Below, in pieces: positions 38,352 through 48,312 of a DNA stretch of 64,000 bases. Numbering within the stretch: the first letter of the stretch is position 1; every line of letters starts with the position of its first letter. The stretch covers positions 125 to 64,124 of the forward strand of contig CAVWEI010000029.1 of assembly GCA_963753845.1 (NCBI GenBank). Direction: 5' to 3'. The notes below the pieces were generated by a model that made no database searches, had not been told where the DNA came from, and saw only the letters and a list, made by a program, of their open reading frames with translations. The DNA is from an uncultured Gammaproteobacteria bacterium. GTDB lineage: Bacteria; Pseudomonadota; Gammaproteobacteria; Chromatiales; Chromatiaceae. A program made the position numbers and the translations under genes.

Positions 38352-39482
38352 ATGAGTGCGTCGAACAAACATTCTCCCCGGTCTGCGAGCCTGCGGCTCG
38401 AGGGGGCGACGGCGGTATGCAGCGGTGACTGGACGGTACGCCATCTGAGGGGGCTGGAGTTCGGTCTGAGGCAGATGCAATGGCCTGACGGGCCTGTCCG
38501 GATACAACTCGAACGTGTGGGGCGCATGGACACGGGCGGCGCCTGGGTGCTGCAGCGCCTGCTGGCCTCACTGGAGGCCGGAGGGCGCCCGGTAGAACTG
38601 CACGGCCTATCGGCCAAGGCGGCCGGCCTGCTGGAACTGGTTCAGGGGACGGGGATTCAGGCAGGCACCGTGCCCCGGCCGGTCGGGCCGGGCATGATGG
38701 AACAGTTGGGGCGTGACGGTCTCGACATGGTTTTACATGGTATCGGGCTGCTCGCATTCGTCGGCGAGATGGGTACGGCCTGGGTGCGCCTGATCGCGCA
38801 GCCGTGGCGCATCCGCTGGCGGGAGATCGGGTATGTTCTCGGCGAGGCTGGCTACAAAGCGCTCGGCATCGTCGGTCTGCTGTCCTTCCTGCTCGGCATC
38901 GTGATCGCCTACCAGGGAGGGATACAGTTGAGCCAGTATGGCGCCAGCCTGTTCGTTGCCGACCTGGTGGGGCTCTCCATGGTCCGTGAACTTGCGCCCA
39001 TGATCACGGCCATCATCGTCGCCGGGCGCACCGGATCCGCCTATACAGCACAGATCGGTACCATGCAGGTCACCGAAGAGATCGATGCGCTGCGCAGCAT
39101 GGGCATTTCGCCGATGGACCTGCTGGTATTGCCCAAGCTGCTGGCCTTGCTCATTGCGCTGCCCCTGCTGACGGTGTTTGCCGACATCATGGGTGTGCTG
39201 GGCGGTATGCTGATGTCCAGCGTCCAGCTGGATATTGCGTTTAACACCTATCTGGATCGGGTGGCTGTGGCCGTCTCGGTGGACTCCTATCTGGTGGGCT
39301 TGGGAAAGGCGCCGGTATTTGCCGCGATCGTCGCTACCATCGGCTGCTACCAGGGGTTCCAGGTGGTTGGCAGTGCCGAGAGCGTGGGTCGGCGCACAAC
39401 GATGAGTGTGGTCCAGTCCATTCTCGCAGTGATTGTGGTGGATGCCGCCTTTTCGGTGGTCTTCAGCCAACTTGGTATATGA
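38352..39482 (+). CDS. MlaE-family ABC permease with N-terminal STAS domain
   Basis: MDTGGAW (STAS), RELAPMITAIIVAGRTGSAYTAQIGTMQVTEEIDAL, VGRRTTMSVV. Confidence 0.93.
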   Translation: MSASNKHSPRSASLRLEGATAVCSGDWTVRHLRGLEFGLRQMQWPDGPVRIQLERVGRMDTGGAWVLQRLLASLEAGGRPVELHGLSAKAAGLLELVQGTGIQAGTVPRPVGPGMMEQLGRDGLDMVLHGIGLLAFVGEMGTAWVRLIAQPWRIRWREIGYVLGEAGYKALGIVGLLSFLLGIVIAYQGGIQLSQYGASLFVADLVGLSMVRELAPMITAIIVAGRTGSAYTAQIGTMQVTEEIDALRSMGISPMDLLVLPKLLALLIALPLLTVFADIMGVLGGMLMSSVQLDIAFNTYLDRVAVAVSVDSYLVGLGKAPVFAAIVATIGCYQGFQVVGSAESVGRRTTMSVVQSILAVIVVDAAFSVVFSQLGI

Positions 39483-40270
39483 GCATGACCGACGTGCCAT
39501 CCGCCGCCGTCGAGATCATGGTTTCAGTGCGCGACCTGGGCATGCGCTTCGGCCAGAAGGTGATTCATGAGCACATCGATCTCGATGTGCGCAGGGGCGA
39601 GGTTCTGGCCATCGTCGGGGGCAGTGGCAGCGGCAAGACGACCCTGCTGCGCGAGATGGCACTGCTGCAGCAATCCACCTCGGGCCGGGTCGAGGTGCTG
39701 GGCCAGGATATATCGGGACTCAGCGAGTCGCAGACACTGAAGCTGCGGCGGCGCGTCGGGGTGCTGTTCCAGGACGGCGCCCTGTTTGGCGGACTGAGTG
39801 TGCTCGAGAATGTAGGTGTGCCGCTGCGTGAGCACACCGATCTGGACAACACCCTGATCGATGAGATCGCCTGCGTGAAGCTGGCTCTGGTGGGGCTTGC
39901 GCCCAAGGACGGGCTGCTCCAGCCGAACCAGCTCAGCGGCGGCATGCGCAAGCGCGCCGCACTGGCCCGCGCCATCGCGCTGGACCCGGAGTTGCTGTTT
40001 CTCGATGAGCCCACCTCCGGGCTGGACCCGCTGAGTGCCGATGCCTTCGACGCGCTGGTGCTGGAGTTGAAGGCGGCCCTCGATCCCACCATCGTGCTGG
40101 TAACCCATGACATGGACACCCTTTGGCGGGTCGCCGACCGCGTGGTGCTCCTCGGCGAAGGAAGGCTGATCGCGGAGGGCAGCATGCAGGAGTTGGCGCA
40201 CTCTGATGACCCTGCGGTGATACGATTCTTCCAGGGCCCTCGCGGGCGCGCGGCGCAGGGAGCGGCATGA
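39479..40270 (+). CDS. MlaF-family ABC ATPase
   Basis: GGSGSGKT, LSGGMRKR, FLDEPTSGLDP, VTHD. Confidence 0.95.
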   Translation: MSMTDVPSAAVEIMVSVRDLGMRFGQKVIHEHIDLDVRRGEVLAIVGGSGSGKTTLLREMALLQQSTSGRVEVLGQDISGLSESQTLKLRRRVGVLFQDGALFGGLSVLENVGVPLREHTDLDNTLIDEIACVKLALVGLAPKDGLLQPNQLSGGMRKRAALARAIALDPELLFLDEPTSGLDPLSADAFDALVLELKAALDPTIVLVTHDMDTLWRVADRVVLLGEGRLIAEGSMQELAHSDDPAVIRFFQGPRGRAAQGAA

Positions 40271-41190
40271 AAGGGAAGACCAACTACGTCCTGGCCGGAC
40301 TCTTTGTCCTGCTGTTGACTCTCACGCTGATCGCCGGCGTTCTGTGGCTCGGTGCGGGCGGTCCCGGCCGCGTCTACGACGAGTACCTGGTCTATATGCA
40401 GGAATCGGTATCCGGCCTGAGCCGTGACAATGCAGTCAAGTATCACGGTGTGAACGTGGGCAGGGTGCGCGAGATCAGTCTCGCCAGCGATCGCGACGCA
40501 CAGGTCAGCCTGCTGCTGCAGATCGAGAAGGGGACGCCGGTCCGTGAGGACACGGTGGCGACCCTGGAGGCGCAGGGTCTGACCGGTCTGGCCTATATCA
40601 ATCTCATGGGCGGGAGTCCGGAATCGCCGCTGCTGCAACTGCGTCCAGGTGAGCGTTACCTGGTGATCGGGAGCCGACCCTCCACACGGCAGAGACTCGA
40701 CCTCACCGTAAACGAGCTTGCCTCCAACCTGACCGAAATCTCTGCGCAGCTGAAGGTCTTGTTGAGCGACGAGAACCAGCGCCATCTCAGCCGCTCACTT
40801 GCACAAATCGATGAACTGACGGGTGCGCTTGCCGGCCGTTCCGGGGCCATGACCGGTTCCCTCGACGACCTGGCCGTCACCTTGCGGAGCACCCGCGAGG
40901 CCAGCGCCGGGCTGGCCGGTCTGGTGGCAGACCTGAAGGACGCCGCGCGTGCCCTGGAGCGTATGGCGGATGAGATTCGGGATACCGGCGTGTCGGTACG
41001 CCGGGTGGTCGAGGCGCGTGATCGTGACCTGCAGCGCTTCACCAGTGAGGCGCTGCCGGAGGCCGCGGCGATGATCAACGAGGCGCGCCGTGCGGCACAG
41101 AACCTGCGACGCTTCAGCGAACAGCTCGAGCGCGATCCGGCAGTATTGTTGCGTGGCAGGCCGGCACCGGCTCCGGGCCCTGGCGAATGA
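40267..41190 (+). CDS. MlaD/MCE family protein
   Basis: TM, SVSGL..VKYHGVNVGRV, QGLTGLAYINL, coiled coil. Confidence 0.92.
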   Translation: MKGKTNYVLAGLFVLLLTLTLIAGVLWLGAGGPGRVYDEYLVYMQESVSGLSRDNAVKYHGVNVGRVREISLASDRDAQVSLLLQIEKGTPVREDTVATLEAQGLTGLAYINLMGGSPESPLLQLRPGERYLVIGSRPSTRQRLDLTVNELASNLTEISAQLKVLLSDENQRHLSRSLAQIDELTGALAGRSGAMTGSLDDLAVTLRSTREASAGLAGLVADLKDAARALERMADEIRDTGVSVRRVVEARDRDLQRFTSEALPEAAAMINEARRAAQNLRRFSEQLERDPAVLLRGRPAPAPGPGE

Positions 41191-41200
41191 GGAGATGAGC

Positions 41201-41851
41201 ATGTCGAGGTCCCGCGTTACTTTCCTCCCTGCGGCCGCCTGGCAGTTGATGGTGCTCGCCCTGGCGTTCGCACTGGGCAGCTGCAGCCTGCCGCTGGGGC
41301 CACAGCGGGAGACGCAGATCACCCGGACCTATGTGTTGCAGGCGCCGGCGGACAGTGTGCCGCAGGTCGCCAATCCGAACGGTCCGGTGCTGCTGATCAG
41401 CCCGATCCTTTCGGCCGCGGGCTTCGACACCTCTGACATGGCCTATATGCGCAAGCCGCACGAGATCGAGTACTTCGCCCAGCACCGTTGGGTGGATGCG
41501 CCTGCACGCATGCTCGATCCCCTGCTGGTGCAGGCCGCCGAGCAGAGTGGTCTGTTTCGCAGCGTGGTCGGTTCGGGCAGTGGCGTGAAGGCGGATCTGC
41601 GTCTCGACAGCCGGCTGATCCACCTGCAGCAGGTGTGCAGGCTCAACCCCAGTCAGCTGCAGCTGGCCCTGCGCGTGACCCTGGTGAAGGTGTCCAGCGC
41701 CAGGGCTATAGCCAGTCGCACGCTCAGTGTCAGCGAACCGATCGAAGCGCGCAGCCCCTACGCGGGCGTGGAGGCAGCGAACCGGGCGGTGGCGCGCTTG
41801 CTGTCGGACTTGCAGGGGTTCCTTGCCGAACAGGTTCCAGCACCACGTTGA
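41201..41851 (+). CDS. ABC auxiliary lipoprotein (PqiC-like)
   Basis: Lipobox LGSC, YFAQHRWVDAPARM. Last gene of the MCE operon. Confidence 0.85.
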   Translation: MSRSRVTFLPAAAWQLMVLALAFALGSCSLPLGPQRETQITRTYVLQAPADSVPQVANPNGPVLLISPILSAAGFDTSDMAYMRKPHEIEYFAQHRWVDAPARMLDPLLVQAAEQSGLFRSVVGSGSGVKADLRLDSRLIHLQQVCRLNPSQLQLALRVTLVKVSSARAIASRTLSVSEPIEARSPYAGVEAANRAVARLLSDLQGFLAEQVPAPR

Positions 41852-41865
41852 GGTGTTGCGCCGGT

Positions 41866-42741
41866 TCAGATCCGTTCGACATCGACACCGACCTGGGCCT
41901 TGTGCCTGCCCCCGCCGAAGATGATGCCTTTTAGCGGGGTGATGTCAGCGTAGTCGCGTCCCCAGGCCGTGGTGATGTGCTGGTCCATCGGAATCCGGTT
42001 GTTGGTCGGGTCGAAATCGAGCCAGCCGACATCCGGGTCGTACACCGAGAACCAGGCATGCGAGGCGTCGGCGCCCTGCATCTTTTGCTGCCCCGGTGGT
42101 GGCAGGGTTTCCAGGTAGCCCGAGACATAGCGCGCGGCCAGGCCTTGGGCACGCAGGCAGGCGATAGCCAGGTGGGCGAAGTCCTGGCAGACGCCGCGCC
42201 GGTGGGCGAACACGTGCTCCAGCGGTGTTGCGATCTCGGTGAATCCCGGGTCGTAGCTGAAGTCGAGGTGTATGCGCTGCATCAGGTCATGCACCGCTTC
42301 GGCCAGCGGCCGCCTGCGCGGGAAGGAGATGGCGGCGTACTCGCTGATCTGCGGGCTGGCATTCACCATGGGTGAATCCAGCAGGTACTGCCGCGCATCC
42401 AGGTTTGTCGGGTTGAGCTGGTGCTGAATGCGCGCCGCGGCCTCTTCCCACGAGGCATTCGAATGCAGGTGCAGTCGCCCCGTATCCGTATCCAACTCCA
42501 CTTCGCTGGTGGCGGTGACCACCAGTTCGGTATGCGGCTGCTGCACCGCAAAATAGGCCACATGATTTCCAAAGAAATCGAGGTGCTCTGAATAGGTCGA
42601 CGGATTGGGCTGAATCGAAAGCCTTTGCGCCAGGACCGTCTGCATGCCGCAGGAACGCGGGGTGAGATGGGCCTCGTTGTGGCACAGCGTGACCTGGCTG
42701 GCATAGCTGTAGGCGGTGCGGTGCGTGACCCGGTACTTCAT
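41866..42741 (-). CDS. Bacterial transglutaminase-like protein
   Basis: YRVTHRTAYSY, DFFGN, GVCQDFAH, ARYVSGY, SHAW, DFDPTN, GRDYAD. Confidence 0.93.
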   Translation of the reverse strand: MKYRVTHRTAYSYASQVTLCHNEAHLTPRSCGMQTVLAQRLSIQPNPSTYSEHLDFFGNHVAYFAVQQPHTELVVTATSEVELDTDTGRLHLHSNASWEEAAARIQHQLNPTNLDARQYLLDSPMVNASPQISEYAAISFPRRRPLAEAVHDLMQRIHLDFSYDPGFTEIATPLEHVFAHRRGVCQDFAHLAIACLRAQGLAARYVSGYLETLPPPGQQKMQGADASHAWFSVYDPDVGWLDFDPTNNRIPMDQHITTAWGRDYADITPLKGIIFGGGRHKAQVGVDVERI

Positions 42742-45296
42742 GCTGCGTTCTCCTCCTCCGGCACCAGCTGGCGGGGTCCGCGCAGGTCCGCAAAGTACCC
42801 GCTCGCCACCGCCCTGGAGGTGGCGCGCAGCAGCACGGCGATGTCGTTCAGGAGCCGGTCGAGCAATAGTCGGCTGGGACGTTCGGCATCGAAGGCAACC
42901 AGCTCCTTCACCCTGGACAGTTGCAGCCGATGCACTGCATCCAGTACCAGACGCTGTTCTTCCGTCACCCTTACCCCCTCGTCGCGGGGCAGTGCTTCCA
43001 CCCGTTCCCGCAACCGGTGCAGCTGAAACGCCAGCGAGCGCGGATTGCCGTCATCATGCAGCAGCAGGTCGAGTACCGCGTCGATCTGTGGCTGATCGTG
43101 GTTAACGCGGCGATACGCCTGGAGGCTGTCTGCGTTGCGCAATACGGACTCCAGCAAGAGGGACTCGGCTTGGGGGCTGCGTCGCGCGATCACCGTTGAG
43201 CGCAGCAGCGAAATCAGCAGCAGTGCCCTTTCTATCCGTCGGCCCATATCGAGGAACAGCCAGGCCTGCGCCCGCTCCATGCTCTCCTGGGCCCCTCCGG
43301 CCAGTGCTATCAGTGCCGTGATTACTTCATCCATGTGATTCTGCAGGTCGTTCAGGCGTCCCGCCTCGATATCCTGCAGCCTGTCCAGATGAATACGCAC
43401 GCCGTTGATGATGCGCCAGGTGTCTCCGGAAAAGCGGTCCCGTACTGCATGGGCGGCGGCGAGCAGCGCCTGCAGATTGAAGCCGATGGTTCCACGCCGC
43501 TCGCGGTTGAGTACGAGCGCGATGATCTCGGGCAGGGGCTCCGCGCGTGTGGATGCACCCTGCGGGCCGACAAACCCCGGGTAGGTCGTGGTGAGGTGTG
43601 TCAGTCCCTGAAGCAGATCATCCAGGCAGATCCGATCGACCTCGCCCTGGTACTCGACTGCGTCGCGGTACAGCCGCAGGATGGTACGCACGCAGCGCGC
43701 AGACTGTTCGGCGCGTTCCGCGTAACGCCCCAGCCAGAAAAGGCTGTCGGCCGCACCCCCCGGCAGGTCTCCACGCTGCCGGACGGCCGCCAGACCGGAA
43801 ACTGCGGCAGGCAGCAGGCTGACCTGTTTCTCCGGTTCCGTTGCCAGGATCCAGGTGTCTTTCGACAGTCCCCCCGCCTGACCGGAGACATCGAAGCTGC
43901 CCTGCGAAGGGGCGATACGGGTAAGGCCGCCGGGCATCACCACGTAGCCGTCCTTGCGGGCGACCAGAAAGGCGCGCAACACGGCATGGCGCGCTTCCAG
44001 TCCGCCATCCACCAGAGCGGGGACGGTAGAGAAACGGATGCGCTCCTGGCCGACGAACAGATGCGGCCGGGCCTTGATACGTTCCCCGAGTTGATCCAGC
44101 TGGAGGGCGTCGAGCGTGGACCCATCGATCATCCGGCTGCCGGCCTCGCGGTAGGTCGGCTTGATCAGCAGCTTTTCGAGGTTGGCGAGTACATGCGAGG
44201 AGTCACTTGGTCGGCCACACCACCAGCTGTTGGGCGAAGGCAGTTCCAGCTCCTGCCCCAGAAGATGGTGCGCAATCTCCGGGAGGAAGGCATAGAGTCC
44301 GACATTCTCCAGTGCACTCGATCCGAGTGGGTTGATGATCCGCACGTTCCCGCGCCGAACCACCTCGGTCAGACCGGGCACGCCCAGACGGGAGTCGGTG
44401 CGCAATTCGAGCGGGTCGCAGTAGTGGTCGTCAACCCGGCGCAGGATCACGTCGACCGGTTCCAGCCTCTTCATCGAACGCAGCCAGACGCGGCCGTCAC
44501 TGACCGTCAGGTCATCGCCCTGGGCAAGGGTGTAACCAAGGTAACTTGCCAGCAGGGAATGCTCGAAAAAGGTTTCGTTGAGTGGCCCGGGGGTCAGTAC
44601 GACCACGCGCGCCTCTTCTCCGGCACGCGGCGTCATGCCAGCGATGCTGGCACGCAGGTTCTGGAAGAAGAGCGCGAGCCGGTGTACATGCGCATCGCGG
44701 AAAAGGCTTGGCAGGATGCGCGTCATGACGACGCGGTTTTCCAATGCGTAGCCGGCCCCGGAGGGCGCCTGACTGCGATCGTCCAGCACCCAGGTTCGGC
44801 CATCCGCACCGCGTGCCAGATCGGCGGCATAGAACGGCAGGTTGTGCCCGCCCGGCAGCGGCAGACCATGCAGGGGCCGCAGGAAGCCACCGTGCCCGTA
44901 GATCAGCTCCAGTGGGAGAATGCCTTTTTTGATCAGGTTCTGCGGGCCATAAATGTCACTGAGCAGCAGGTTCATCAGTTCTGCCCGCTGCATCAGGCCC
45001 GATTCGATCGCGGCCCACTCGTCGCTGGCTACCAGGTAGGGGATGGGGTCCAGTTCCCAGGGATGCTCGAGACGACTGGCGTCACCATGAACGGAGTAAG
45101 TGACGCCGGATTCGCGCAGCAGCCTTTGACCCTCGCCCTTGCGTTGTGCCAGCTCGCCGTGACCCAGAGAATCCAGCGCCTGCGCCACGTAGCGCCAGTG
45201 GGGTCTCAGGTCTCCGGCATCATCGAGCATCTCGTCCGGGACACCCGGTAGACGTCGGTATGTATCAATGAGCTTGCTGGGCAAGGGTGCGTTCAT
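42738..45296 (-). CDS. Circularly permuted ATP-grasp (type 2) fused to alpha-E domain
   Basis: DEML, PSGAGYALENR, VDVILRRVDD, NPLGS, VMPGGLTR, SKDTW, then LFWLGRYAERAE, GRRIERA, NPRSLAFQ. Confidence 0.93.
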   Translation of the reverse strand: MNAPLPSKLIDTYRRLPGVPDEMLDDAGDLRPHWRYVAQALDSLGHGELAQRKGEGQRLLRESGVTYSVHGDASRLEHPWELDPIPYLVASDEWAAIESGLMQRAELMNLLLSDIYGPQNLIKKGILPLELIYGHGGFLRPLHGLPLPGGHNLPFYAADLARGADGRTWVLDDRSQAPSGAGYALENRVVMTRILPSLFRDAHVHRLALFFQNLRASIAGMTPRAGEEARVVVLTPGPLNETFFEHSLLASYLGYTLAQGDDLTVSDGRVWLRSMKRLEPVDVILRRVDDHYCDPLELRTDSRLGVPGLTEVVRRGNVRIINPLGSSALENVGLYAFLPEIAHHLLGQELELPSPNSWWCGRPSDSSHVLANLEKLLIKPTYREAGSRMIDGSTLDALQLDQLGERIKARPHLFVGQERIRFSTVPALVDGGLEARHAVLRAFLVARKDGYVVMPGGLTRIAPSQGSFDVSGQAGGLSKDTWILATEPEKQVSLLPAAVSGLAAVRQRGDLPGGAADSLFWLGRYAERAEQSARCVRTILRLYRDAVEYQGEVDRICLDDLLQGLTHLTTTYPGFVGPQGASTRAEPLPEIIALVLNRERRGTIGFNLQALLAAAHAVRDRFSGDTWRIINGVRIHLDRLQDIEAGRLNDLQNHMDEVITALIALAGGAQESMERAQAWLFLDMGRRIERALLLISLLRSTVIARRSPQAESLLLESVLRNADSLQAYRRVNHDQPQIDAVLDLLLHDDGNPRSLAFQLHRLRERVEALPRDEGVRVTEEQRLVLDAVHRLQLSRVKELVAFDAERPSRLLLDRLLNDIAVLLRATSRAVASGYFADLRGPRQLVPEEENAA

Positions 45297-45358
45297 CGGT
45301 CGTTTGGCAGGGGGTCAAGGTTAACCCGGCATGAAGGTATCCGGTAACTTTCGCAGGG

Positions 45359-46165
45359 TCATACCGGTGCCTGGGGCAGGACCTGCACGGCCACCCGCAT
45401 CGAGCTGGGCAGAAGCGGTGGCCCGTACTGCGAGTAAACGGCGACGTCGGCAGCGTCCTTGCCGTAGGCGATTGCCACCCGGGCCCCGCGCGGCCCTGCC
45501 TGTGTCGGGTCGAAGGTATACCAGCGACCGCCGACGTAGGCCTCGAACCAGGCGTGCAGGTCCATCGGCTCCAGGTCCTTCAGGTAGCCTACGACCAGGC
45601 GGGACGGCACCACCAGGCTCCGACACATGGCAATGGCCAAGTGTGCCATGTCCCGGCATACGCCGATACCGCGCTGCCAGACCTCGACCGCCGAGCTTGT
45701 GGTCTGGCTCGATCCCGGTGAATAGCGAACGGCACCCTGCACCCAGGAATTGATCGCGGTGACCTGGTCGTAGCCCGGAATCGCATTGGCAGTGACTTCG
45801 CGTGCCAGGTCGAAAAGGCGGTCCGCCTCGCAATAGCGGCTTGGCAGCAGATATGGCAGTACCGCTTCCGGGAGTTCCTGCACCGGGACGAAGGGCGCGC
45901 CGGGTGCGGTGTCGATATAGGCCGATGTCATTACATCGGCGCTGGTTCGAACCGCGAAGCTCCCGGGCGGCGCTATGAGGCGCTGACAGAGATTGCCGTA
46001 ACCATCGGTAAACTCGATGACCGACACGCTCGGCGTGATCGCATAGCGCTCGCGGGCCACCCATTGTTCGGCCCCGCTGCGTGGACGCAGCATGAACACG
46101 AACGGGGTGTGAAACTCCGCATCGAAGTACAGATCGCATTCGGTGCGCAACCAGATCCTGTTCAT
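45359..46165 (-). CDS. Transglutaminase-like protein
   Basis: [38 protein letters not shown]. Confidence 0.92.
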   Translation of the reverse strand: MNRIWLRTECDLYFDAEFHTPFVFMLRPRSGAEQWVARERYAITPSVSVIEFTDGYGNLCQRLIAPPGSFAVRTSADVMTSAYIDTAPGAPFVPVQELPEAVLPYLLPSRYCEADRLFDLAREVTANAIPGYDQVTAINSWVQGAVRYSPGSSQTTSSAVEVWQRGIGVCRDMAHLAIAMCRSLVVPSRLVVGYLKDLEPMDLHAWFEAYVGGRWYTFDPTQAGPRGARVAIAYGKDAADVAVYSQYGPPLLPSSMRVAVQVLPQAPV

Positions 46166-46494
46166 CCGGCACTCCACCGAACCCTGAGACAGATAACGGG
46201 GGACCATGGTCGCGACGGCGTTGAAAGCGTGCGCTTTCGAATCCGCTGGTCCGGTTGACGTGTTGTATACCGCATCAGTGCACCTTCTGCCCATGAATCC
46301 GGGCTGTCAAACAAGGGGGCGGGACTTCGAGGACGGGCGGAAAGGCCGCCGTCGCAACTTGCTTGGCGGGCACAGCGCGGCCGGGTTTCCCCTTGTTCTC
46401 CGCTCGAGTGAAAGGTAGTTTGCAGTGTTTGCGGGTCCGCGGACAGTCTTTGTTCGGCCTGCCTTCGGTTAACGTGCCCAGCCAGGGGGAAACA

Positions 46495-48306
46495 ATGAAA
46501 TCATCGCCACTTGAACCAAAGGCCGTCCAGGGTCTTGGCTTTTACCTGCTGCGAATGGGCCTGCCCGTGTTGCTGCTGGCGATCGCCTTCTCCGCATTTG
46601 CCATGGAATCGGGCGTTGTCGCGGAATCGCCGGACTGGGTGCAGCTGTTCCTGGGTCTTTTCGGGGGCCTGGCGCTGTTTCTCGGTGGCCTTCAGTTGTT
46701 GTCGGAGGGTATGACCAAGGCCGCCGGCCAGACGATGAAGACGGTACTCGCAAAACTGACGACCAACCGTTTCAGCGGTGCCTTGACCGGGGCGTTCGTG
46801 ACCGGCGTGCTGAATTCCTCCACCGTGACCACGCTGCTGGTGGTGGGCTTCATCAGCGCCGGCTTCATGTCCCTGGCGCAATCGGTCGGCGTGATCATGG
46901 GCGCCAACATCGGCAGCACAGTGACCGCGCAGTTGCTGGCCTTCAATCTGTCCGCCTACTCACTGGGCCCGGTCGCCATCGGCTTCTTCATGACGTTCAG
47001 TGCGAAGCAGGAGAAGGTGAAGTACTACGGCATGATGATCATGGGCATCGGCCTGGTTTTCTACGGCATGGGGCTGATGAGCAGCGGGATGACCCCGTTG
47101 CGCACCTACGAGCCCTTTCTGCAGATCCTGAAAGGGCTGGAAAATCCGATCGCGGGTATTGCCGCCGGTGCGGTGTTCACTGCGATAGTCCAATCCTCTG
47201 CGGCCACGGTCGGTATCGCCATCGCCATGGCGAGCGAAGGGCTGCTGGCACTTCCGGCCGGCATTGCGCTGGCGCTCGGGGCCAATATCGGCACCGCTGC
47301 GACCACCGCGTTCATGGGCATCCTCAGCAGCAAGTCTGCGGAGGCCACGCGGGCCTCCGTCGTGCATGTCGCGTTCAATGTGCTGGGTACCCTGATCTGG
47401 CTGCCGGTGATCTGGCTGCTGTCGGACATGGCGGTGTGGATATCGCCGACCAGCCCGGAACTGCAGGGGATGGCCAGGGCGGCCGCCGAAGTCCCGCGCC
47501 AGATCGCCAATGCCAATACGCTGTTCAACGTACTCAATACCATGTTGTTTATCGGGTTCACCGGTTGGTTTGCGAAAATGGCGGAACGCCTGGTACCGGA
47601 TCGTGAACTCCCCACCGGCGTGATTATCGAGCCCGAATATCTCGACGAGGCTGCACTGAAGGCGCCTTCGGTGGCGCTGCAGCGGGTGCGTCTGGAGATT
47701 GGACGGATTGGAGAGATCACGCTGGGGATGCTCAGAGACGTCGGTCCGGCCCTGCGGGACCGGGACGTCAAGCGCATGGAGGATGTCGCCCGTCGCGATG
47801 ACCAGGTCGATATACTGGAGGGGGAGATCCTCCGGTATCTGGGAAAGATCCGCATGGGCCAGCTCACCGAGCAGGAAAGCGCGGAATTCCAGCAGCTGAT
47901 GGTCGCAACGGACAATATCGAGAACCTGGCGGACGTGATCGAGACCGATATCGTTGCCCTGGTCCGCAAGGCGGCCAATATCAAGGCCGCCTCGGAAGGC
48001 GAGACCCGGATGATCCTGACCGAGCTCTTCGGCTCGACGGTGAAATCCGTGGAACTGGCGGTACAGGCCATTCGTGACAATGACCAGAACGCGGCCGAGT
48101 CCGTGTTACTGATGAAGGACACCTTCCGCGATCAGACCGAGCGCCTGCTGAGCAGGAAGGCGATGCGGCTCACTGCGGACGATCCGGATTACCTGGAACT
48201 GGTCAGACTGCAGATGGGCTTCGTCGATCAGATGCGACGGATCTATACCCTGGCAAAACGGATCGCCAAGGTCACCCTGCCGGCGGTGATCGCCCGGCAG
48301 GACTGA
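46495..48306 (+). CDS. Na+/Pi cotransporter (YjbB/NptA-like) with PhoU domains
   Basis: LNSSTVTT, GANIGST, VQSSAAT, GANIGT, RQIANANTLFN, DDQVDILE. Confidence 0.93.
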   Translation: MKSSPLEPKAVQGLGFYLLRMGLPVLLLAIAFSAFAMESGVVAESPDWVQLFLGLFGGLALFLGGLQLLSEGMTKAAGQTMKTVLAKLTTNRFSGALTGAFVTGVLNSSTVTTLLVVGFISAGFMSLAQSVGVIMGANIGSTVTAQLLAFNLSAYSLGPVAIGFFMTFSAKQEKVKYYGMMIMGIGLVFYGMGLMSSGMTPLRTYEPFLQILKGLENPIAGIAAGAVFTAIVQSSAATVGIAIAMASEGLLALPAGIALALGANIGTAATTAFMGILSSKSAEATRASVVHVAFNVLGTLIWLPVIWLLSDMAVWISPTSPELQGMARAAAEVPRQIANANTLFNVLNTMLFIGFTGWFAKMAERLVPDRELPTGVIIEPEYLDEAALKAPSVALQRVRLEIGRIGEITLGMLRDVGPALRDRDVKRMEDVARRDDQVDILEGEILRYLGKIRMGQLTEQESAEFQQLMVATDNIENLADVIETDIVALVRKAANIKAASEGETRMILTELFGSTVKSVELAVQAIRDNDQNAAESVLLMKDTFRDQTERLLSRKAMRLTADDPDYLELVRLQMGFVDQMRRIYTLAKRIAKVTLPAVIARQD

Positions 48307-48312
48307 GGCGTC

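Noticed and set aside
33262-41851. Efflux and MCE operons as a novel system
   Set aside because: These are common, recognisable architectures with nothing atypical seen.
43335-45251. Long antisense ORFs (638 aa here, also 49446..51437, 18182..19414, 14715..15797)
   Set aside because: They are shadows of real genes on the opposite strand in high-GC DNA, with no recognisable motifs.
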